Of a stretch of 64,000 nt of DNA, positions 58,748-64,000 are shown one piece after another. Location: sequence record NC_048821.1. One strand, given 5' to 3'. Made by a program: the position numbers and the translations under genes. Numbering within the stretch: the first letter of the stretch is position 1; every line of letters begins with the position of its first letter. The notes beneath the pieces are model-generated. The model ran no database searches and was not told the DNA's origin. It saw nothing but the letters and a program-made list of their open reading frames with translations.

Positions 58748-59441
58748 TGTGGACATCGTCCGTTACACTTATGTTCGTAAACGTTTGATTGATTTATGGC
58801 GAGAACTTTCTTATGAAGGATTCCGCATGTTTGTTCCAGCTCAAATGTTCATGACAAAAGATCAAATACAAAACCACGAACACGTCAGCTACCAAGATTC
58901 CTTTGGCTGGGGAGATAGCATTCGTACCCATCAACCGTTCTTGATTACGGTCCCAATGCTTAAGGACTTAATCAAAGGTATTAACAAAGAGTCAAGTATT
59001 GGGTTTTATGACGCGGACGATTCCATAAGACTTTTCACTCACATCACTGAATACTTAGACTTGTGGATGGAAATTGCAAATGACGCCCCTCAATACTACA
59101 TTCCGCATGTGCCGGAGCTTTATGAGTTAGAAGACGTCGCCTTGTGGGTGTTCCACACTTATCGTCCCGTCATGATCCATAGAGCTAATATGAAGCTCGC
59201 TAAGCGCCGTGCAGAAGGGGAAGACCTAACTATGAATCCATTCTTGCTCTTATTGAGAATGGGTGCTTCTGAGTCCGTAGACGAGATTCCAGAAGAAGTT
59301 AGCTTCAGCAGTATACTTGATGATCGCCTCCCTGCTCGATTGAGAGACTACTACACTCAAAGTAAACGTGCGGCAGCTTCAATGGACGTGGAAGAAGAAT
59401 GGCGTATTAACATGGCTGATATCGCCGACCTCATTGCTTAG
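58737..59441 (+). CDS. Conserved hypothetical/virion protein
   Basis: 234 aa; overlaps the upstream gene; alternative starts possible. Confidence 0.55.
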   Translation: MEVNVDIVRYTYVRKRLIDLWRELSYEGFRMFVPAQMFMTKDQIQNHEHVSYQDSFGWGDSIRTHQPFLITVPMLKDLIKGINKESSIGFYDADDSIRLFTHITEYLDLWMEIANDAPQYYIPHVPELYELEDVALWVFHTYRPVMIHRANMKLAKRRAEGEDLTMNPFLLLLRMGASESVDEIPEEVSFSSILDDRLPARLRDYYTQSKRAAASMDVEEEWRINMADIADLIA

Positions 59442-59449
59442 GAGTTACT

Positions 59450-60781
59450 ATGATACCTTTAGAACTCAGTAACCTCATGGAACAAGCTCAGCTCAACGCA
59501 ACCAAACCTGCTCCGATTGTTTACGAGTTGGAAGGGATGTTTGTGCTTCCGGAAGGTTACGTGAGCATTATTGGTGTGGAGCGCATCACTGGTTTAGCCA
59601 ATTACGTTGGCGCAAGGAGTGACGACATCCGGGTGAGGGTTCGCATTCAACCCGGTGTTTATCAGCGTGAAGTATTGCCCTACAAAGACGATCTACAATT
59701 CGAACTTATTACGACCACTGATGCTGGTTCTGAAGTTCGTTATTATCGTTGCATTCCATTATCGGTGAACGATACGGAATCCTTAGGCAATACGACTAAG
59801 GAAATGGACCTCGGCCTTTACGATGACCAAAACTTTATTAGTCTAGACTTCCAGCTAATGGACTTAGGGTTTTCTAAACTGCGGACCATACCTTACTCCG
59901 ACGTGTTCTTATCAGCAAATGTAAAAGATGTTATCCACTACGCATTAAGTTCTGAAACGATCGACCTTGGGTTAAGCGGTCAAGATAAATTCAAAGGTGT
60001 CTTTATAGAAGAACCTGTGGACAACACGGTAGTCTACCGACAAATCACTTTCCCTCAAGGTAAGACAAACTTAATCAACGTCGTACAGTTCCTGCAAGAA
60101 ACCGACTACGGGGTTTACTCTCGAGGAGTAGGTTCGTACTACGCTAAAGGAGAGTGGCGTGTCTACACGTTATGGGATACTGTAAAATATGACCGCAGTG
60201 ACTATACGTTGGATATTATCCGTGTGCCTGAAGATGTCATGCCGACCATTGAAGCTTCCTACTACCTGAACGACACTAACTTAAGTATCGTTTCCAGTGG
60301 ACGTGGTGAGTTGCGTAACTCTGTCGATATACAACTTCAGAACAAAGGCACTGGTCAACAGATCATCTCGAGTAAAACCGCTAACGGCATGGTAGGTAGT
60401 CACTATGAGAAAGGGCAAGTCTTGCTGACACGTCAAGACTCATTAACTCAATACCGTACCGTAGAGCGTAAGTCTGGAGAAGAGCGCATTAACGTTAATC
60501 CCGTTCCCACCAACAACGTCGCCCGTGAACTGTCTAAGTCTCGAGTGAACAATGGTGAGATTCTCACTATTCCTTGGAAGAACGCGGACCCTCGTTTGGT
60601 GCGCCCTGGTATGCCTTTCCGTTATTACTACTTAACGTCGGAAGGTTTGGTGAAACAACGTACGGGAACCGTCATTGGTATGGCGTTCGATTACGTGCCT
60701 AAAGACGCGTCTCCTCAGTACATGTTTTATTGCAACGTAAACTTAACTCTGTTTATGGGTCTGGAAGAACAATACGTTTAA
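59450..60781 (+). CDS. Virion structural protein, putative baseplate hub (phiKZ gp101-like)
   Basis: 443 aa; AGGAG RBS; ends ...LVRPGMPFRYYY...GTVIG pattern typical of hub-like proteins (inference). Confidence 0.5.
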   Translation: MIPLELSNLMEQAQLNATKPAPIVYELEGMFVLPEGYVSIIGVERITGLANYVGARSDDIRVRVRIQPGVYQREVLPYKDDLQFELITTTDAGSEVRYYRCIPLSVNDTESLGNTTKEMDLGLYDDQNFISLDFQLMDLGFSKLRTIPYSDVFLSANVKDVIHYALSSETIDLGLSGQDKFKGVFIEEPVDNTVVYRQITFPQGKTNLINVVQFLQETDYGVYSRGVGSYYAKGEWRVYTLWDTVKYDRSDYTLDIIRVPEDVMPTIEASYYLNDTNLSIVSSGRGELRNSVDIQLQNKGTGQQIISSKTANGMVGSHYEKGQVLLTRQDSLTQYRTVERKSGEERINVNPVPTNNVARELSKSRVNNGEILTIPWKNADPRLVRPGMPFRYYYLTSEGLVKQRTGTVIGMAFDYVPKDASPQYMFYCNVNLTLFMGLEEQYV

Positions 60782-60817
60782 TAACTACGGTGGACAGAGT
60801 CCACCGTAGTTACTTTT
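60782..60817 (+). terminator. Intrinsic terminator
   Basis: TAACTACGGTGGAC-AGA-GTCCACCGTAGTTA then CTTTT. Confidence 0.75.
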
Positions 60818-60828
60818 GCATTCATATT

Positions 60829-60853
60829 TTTTCAAATCTATATCACCTACATG
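60829..60853 (+). promoter_or_regulatory. Putative early promoter
   Basis: TTTTCAAATCTATATCACCTACATG, a partial match to the motif. Confidence 0.55.
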
Positions 60854-60900
60854 AAACTAAGAACAGTTTCATTTTCATTAACCTTAATAGGAAACCAACT

Positions 60901-62328
60901 ATGTCTGATAATAACGAATACCAAACACGTAAAAATGCAATGTTAGGTCTTATTGAAGAAAACCAACATGACGCTTTGAAATCCCTGGTGGTGACAGTTC
61001 ACAAACCTTGTCCAGAAGGTCAAGGAGAAGTCCGACTTACTTCTCCTATCGAGATCCAACCCTTCATCAAAGATAAGGATCCTGAAAACATTTATTGTCT
61101 CATCGATGGTCGTCCCACCACCCCTGAAACACTAAAAGAAATGAGTATGCCGGGGGACTTACTTCGAGTGGATTTAAAAGAAGATTCGGTCACAATGGAG
61201 TTGATCAAATGCTTAGGTCGCTGCAACTACGCCATAGTTGGTGATCCGACCGGACTGATAGAAACCCTGAGAACTCAATTAAAACCCAAAGAAGTGCGCT
61301 TCTATCAAGGCAACCATGAAACGGACTTAATTACTATTTCTGAACAAATAGAAGTAGAAGATAGCTTCATGGTGGAAGTGTTTGGTGGACGCATTAACAT
61401 CACATTACTGGATGGTGAGAAACAACCTAAGCTAAATCCTCACATGCAGTCGGATGCATTCGTTTGTTTAAAATCTTTGTGGTTAGGAACCATAAAAGAT
61501 ATCGACGAAACTAAGCCGGATTTTTCTATACGGAGAATGGGTTTACATGGTCGCAGTGATACGCAGTTTCTATCAAGACAAGTGATTCATCGACCTCACA
61601 TCGAGTTCTCCACTCGTATTGTGGAAGGATTCATGACCGAGGAGCGAGCCGATCAACTTCGTGAACTGGCTGAAAGTCTAGAGTGTTACGTTGGGAACAC
61701 TAAGTGTGACGTGGAAGAGTTTCTTCACATCATGGACCCAGATGATATTTTACTGTTACAGATCTTCAGTGATAAGCTTCGTCTGGTCGTTAACCAAGCG
61801 GTTGGGGTCTTTCAGCATCAAATTAAAGACAGCACGGACGGAACCAAATTAGCTGTACTGAAGCGAGCAAAGTCTATGTTGACTAATTCGACATTTGGTG
61901 CTTACGGAACTCCGTACACACTAAGTGCTCCTAAGACCTACCTTGGTCCCAAAGCTGTGCCACCTTCTGTGTTCATTAACTACTTAAAGAAAGGCGACAC
62001 CCTAGTTTCACATTCACTGGGAGTGTCGTCGGCAATAAGTTGTGAACGCGCAGACAAACAAGATTACTCGGAATCTAAATTGTTTGTAGATTGTACGATT
62101 CACTCTCCTCAGTTGGATGGTGAGGGATCCACATTATTAGAAGACGGGTTTGTTAAAGAAATAACAGACGCGTTAGTGGATCAAGATCTGATTCTACCTA
62201 ATTGGGAGTCAAAAGCAACTTTAGTATGTCCTACGGCGTTTTCTAAACTACCTGTCAAAGGTGTGAAACTTAAACAGTCTCGTAAAGAGATGTCGCCATT
62301 AATGAAGCGCATGATGAAGCGCCTTTAA
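60901..62328 (+). CDS. Hypothetical accessory protein
   Basis: ATG 60901 with AGGAAA RBS (475 aa); ORF-track start 60730 runs through a terminator and promoter. Confidence 0.7.
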   Translation: MSDNNEYQTRKNAMLGLIEENQHDALKSLVVTVHKPCPEGQGEVRLTSPIEIQPFIKDKDPENIYCLIDGRPTTPETLKEMSMPGDLLRVDLKEDSVTMELIKCLGRCNYAIVGDPTGLIETLRTQLKPKEVRFYQGNHETDLITISEQIEVEDSFMVEVFGGRINITLLDGEKQPKLNPHMQSDAFVCLKSLWLGTIKDIDETKPDFSIRRMGLHGRSDTQFLSRQVIHRPHIEFSTRIVEGFMTEERADQLRELAESLECYVGNTKCDVEEFLHIMDPDDILLLQIFSDKLRLVVNQAVGVFQHQIKDSTDGTKLAVLKRAKSMLTNSTFGAYGTPYTLSAPKTYLGPKAVPPSVFINYLKKGDTLVSHSLGVSSAISCERADKQDYSESKLFVDCTIHSPQLDGEGSTLLEDGFVKEITDALVDQDLILPNWESKATLVCPTAFSKLPVKGVKLKQSRKEMSPLMKRMMKRL

Positions 62329-62382
62329 TTCATCAACCGATAACAACTGATTTTACCAATGCATCAATTAAGGATTTATACC

Positions 62383-62781
62383 ATGACTATCAAGAAAGAC
62401 GGCTCACTAAACCAAATTCGTATCTTCGCACTAGTTCAGCTAAGCAGCTGGATTTATCGTCACCATAAAGTGAAGAGTATCAAAGCGATGGCGGAGGTGG
62501 CTGAAGTGAGTCCTTCAACGTTGAGCTCCATTAAGAACGGTAGCGTTAAAAGCATCTCACTTAATCGCATCTTTGCTATTATGGATAACTTGAACATCAA
62601 CTACACTTTTCAAATGGTACGTCGTAGAGGGATCACCAGCTATTCGTTCCAGATGGACGTGTATAACGTTCGTAAGTCCGATACAAGAGAACTAGAAGTT
62701 AGCTACCAAGAAGAGTACAACCAACTTCGTAGTCACCATCAGTTAAACGAAACTAGTTTCAATAACGTCGTACACCTTTAA
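62383..62781 (+). CDS. XRE-family helix-turn-helix DNA-binding protein
   Basis: SIKAMAEVAEVSPSTLSSIKNGSVKSISLNRIFAIMDNLN; ATG 62383 with AAGGA RBS (132 aa). Confidence 0.75.
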   Translation: MTIKKDGSLNQIRIFALVQLSSWIYRHHKVKSIKAMAEVAEVSPSTLSSIKNGSVKSISLNRIFAIMDNLNINYTFQMVRRRGITSYSFQMDVYNVRKSDTRELEVSYQEEYNQLRSHHQLNETSFNNVVHL

Positions 62782-62791
62782 TCCACCTAAA

Positions 62792-62822
62792 TACTCAGGG
62801 GTCCTTCGGGGTCCCTGAGTAT
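62792..62822 (+). terminator. Stable hairpin after the HTH gene (terminator or processing site)
   Basis: ATACTCAGGGGTCC-TTCG-GGGTCCCTGAGTAT; no clear U tract. Confidence 0.45.
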
Positions 62823-62833
62823 AGGAGTTTATT

Positions 62834-62995
62834 ATGTTTTTAAAAGTTAATCCTATCTCACCTTATTTTGGTCATCACTCTAAACCAATCATCCAGAGTC
62901 AAACAAAACGCCGTAAAACGAACAGAGACAGCGATAAAGACTTTCAGGCTGTATTGGTCCGAGAATTAAACAAAACGGTAAACAGAGGGCGTTGA
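62834..62995 (+). CDS. 53-aa basic microprotein (missed by the ORF track)
   Basis: AGGAG RBS; MFLKVNPISPYFGHHSKPIIQSQTKRRKTNRDSDKDFQAVLVRELNKTVNRGR; abuts the next ATG. Confidence 0.6.
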   Translation: MFLKVNPISPYFGHHSKPIIQSQTKRRKTNRDSDKDFQAVLVRELNKTVNRGR

Positions 62996-62996
62996 G

Positions 62997-63308
62997 ATGC
63001 GTTTATTTAACTGTTTCAAAAAGAAACCCAAAGACTTTCCTTATGAGAATGTCGCAAGACTGTTAATAAGAACCAGTCCAGAAGAAGAACTCACTTTGAG
63101 AGTGACTCGATACAAGGACTTGTATTTCGTTAACGCTTACGATATTTTCCGATGGAGTAATGGGACTTGGTATAATCAGTACGTTGATCAAGCATCGGAC
63201 GAATTCCTGATCTCTGCTCTAAGGTCATTAAAGTGTGAGTTCGTAGTATCTGAATTTAATAACTTAATTCACGGAACTCTATTACTTGATCATTTCGAAT
63301 CTAAGTAA
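62997..63308 (+). CDS. Hypothetical protein
   Basis: 103 aa; GAGGG RBS. Confidence 0.6.
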   Translation: MRLFNCFKKKPKDFPYENVARLLIRTSPEEELTLRVTRYKDLYFVNAYDIFRWSNGTWYNQYVDQASDEFLISALRSLKCEFVVSEFNNLIHGTLLLDHFESK

Positions 63309-63408
63309 AATATTTTCTTACTGTGAAAGTTATCCTAATGGGGGAGGGGGCAAAGACTTGAAAACATCGAAGATAATTTAATTAATATATTAAGTTAAAT
63401 ATACCTTA

Positions 63409-63468
63409 GAGTATATACGACATTACGAAGTGATGGGAGTATATACGGTGAGTATTACGAAGTAATAC
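63409..63468. repeat. Tandem GAGTATATACG + C(GAA)G-hairpin units
   Basis: GAGTATATACG at 63409-63419 and 63437-63447; hairpins CATTAC-GAA-GTGATG (63421-63435) and GTATTAC-GAA-GTAATAC (63452-63468). Confidence 0.6.
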
Positions 63469-63545
63469 GGATAAAGGTTATTTAACGTATACTGCATTAA
63501 AGACCGTTAGGTCACGATAACAATTGATAACAAAGAGAATACATT

Positions 63546-64000
63546 ATGACTAAGCTAACTTACACTCAGCGTTTCGCTACTCGTTTTGAAAAGAAAATCA
63601 TGTCTCAACAGCCTGAACTGTTAAAGCTATACCAGCGTATTTGTGGTCACGACTACTGGTATGATTTTTGTGACGCGTTACCGGGCTGGCGTGCAGGTCT
63701 AGAGAGTGAACGAGATATCATTCGACAGTTAGATGAAAATAAAGAACACAAATACTATCCTATCTTGCAATGCCTCTGGAGTAACAAAGGGGATAAGGAA
63801 TCGATCGATAGTGGGAACGTGTTCGAGGAGTGGTTAGAAAAATACCGAGATGAGTCCATGGATATGTATCGTTTCTTAGAGACACTAGATCGTCTTCAAA
63901 TGGATGATGAGAAAATTGCTAGAGCGGTTAGAGCAATGCGTCAAGTAAGTAAGTTCTTGATTGAAGAATCCGAGGTAGAATCTAAAGTCGTTGACTACTT
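63546..64000 (+). CDS. Hypothetical protein, 3-prime truncated by the window end
   Basis: Open from ATG 63546 to the end: MTKLTYTQRFATRFEKK...GHDYWYDFCD...W; AGAG RBS. Confidence 0.7.
   Translation, partial: MTKLTYTQRFATRFEKKIMSQQPELLKLYQRICGHDYWYDFCDALPGWRAGLESERDIIRQLDENKEHKYYPILQCLWSNKGDKESIDSGNVFEEWLEKYRDESMDMYRFLETLDRLQMDDEKIARAVRAMRQVSKFLIEESEVESKVVDY

Noticed and set aside
60730-60900. N-terminal extension of the 532-aa ORF
   Set aside because: It crosses the previous gene end, a terminator and a promoter motif; ATG 60901 has the RBS.
63409-63468. Mini CRISPR array
   Set aside because: Only two short units with 1-4 nt between the repeat and the hairpin; no spacer-length sequences and no cas genes. 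Kept as an unexplained repeat instead.
1-64000. Stop-codon reassignment (genetic code 15 or 4)
   Set aside because: Long ORFs tile both strands under the standard code, and TAG and TGA terminate real genes (e.g. 25528, 57453).

Overview
This window is part of a nucleus-forming jumbo phage genome (phiKZ-like, Chimalliviridae) read with the standard genetic code. The family call rests on motifs and synteny, not on a database search. Core genes in the left half: the C-terminal half of a split family-B DNA polymerase, a chimallin (ChmA) candidate, and four of the five non-virion RNA polymerase (nvRNAP) subunits. Also present are ChmC-like and PicA/Imp1-like nucleus proteins, an Mre11/SbcD nuclease, an SF2 helicase, the virion RNAP beta-prime middle subunit and the exonuclease/motif-A half of the polymerase. 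The right half is a virion block: a HExxH membrane protein, baseplate genes and a tandem array of head/ejection paralogs with G-x-E maturation sites, followed by accessory genes. Four signals are missed by the ORF track. (1) A 392-nt ORF-less group I intron (7590-7981) splits the RNAP catalytic motif NAD|FDGD. (2) A likely programmed -1 frameshift (U_UUU_UUC at 31538-31544 plus a pseudoknot) fuses the 541-aa ORF to the downstream ORF, like lambda gpG/gpGT. (3) A conserved 26-bp early-type promoter motif occurs 7 times, alongside a TTTTATG late-type motif. (4) There are two unannotated microproteins and several structured intergenic elements. No tRNA, rRNA, CRISPR array or transposase was recognised.
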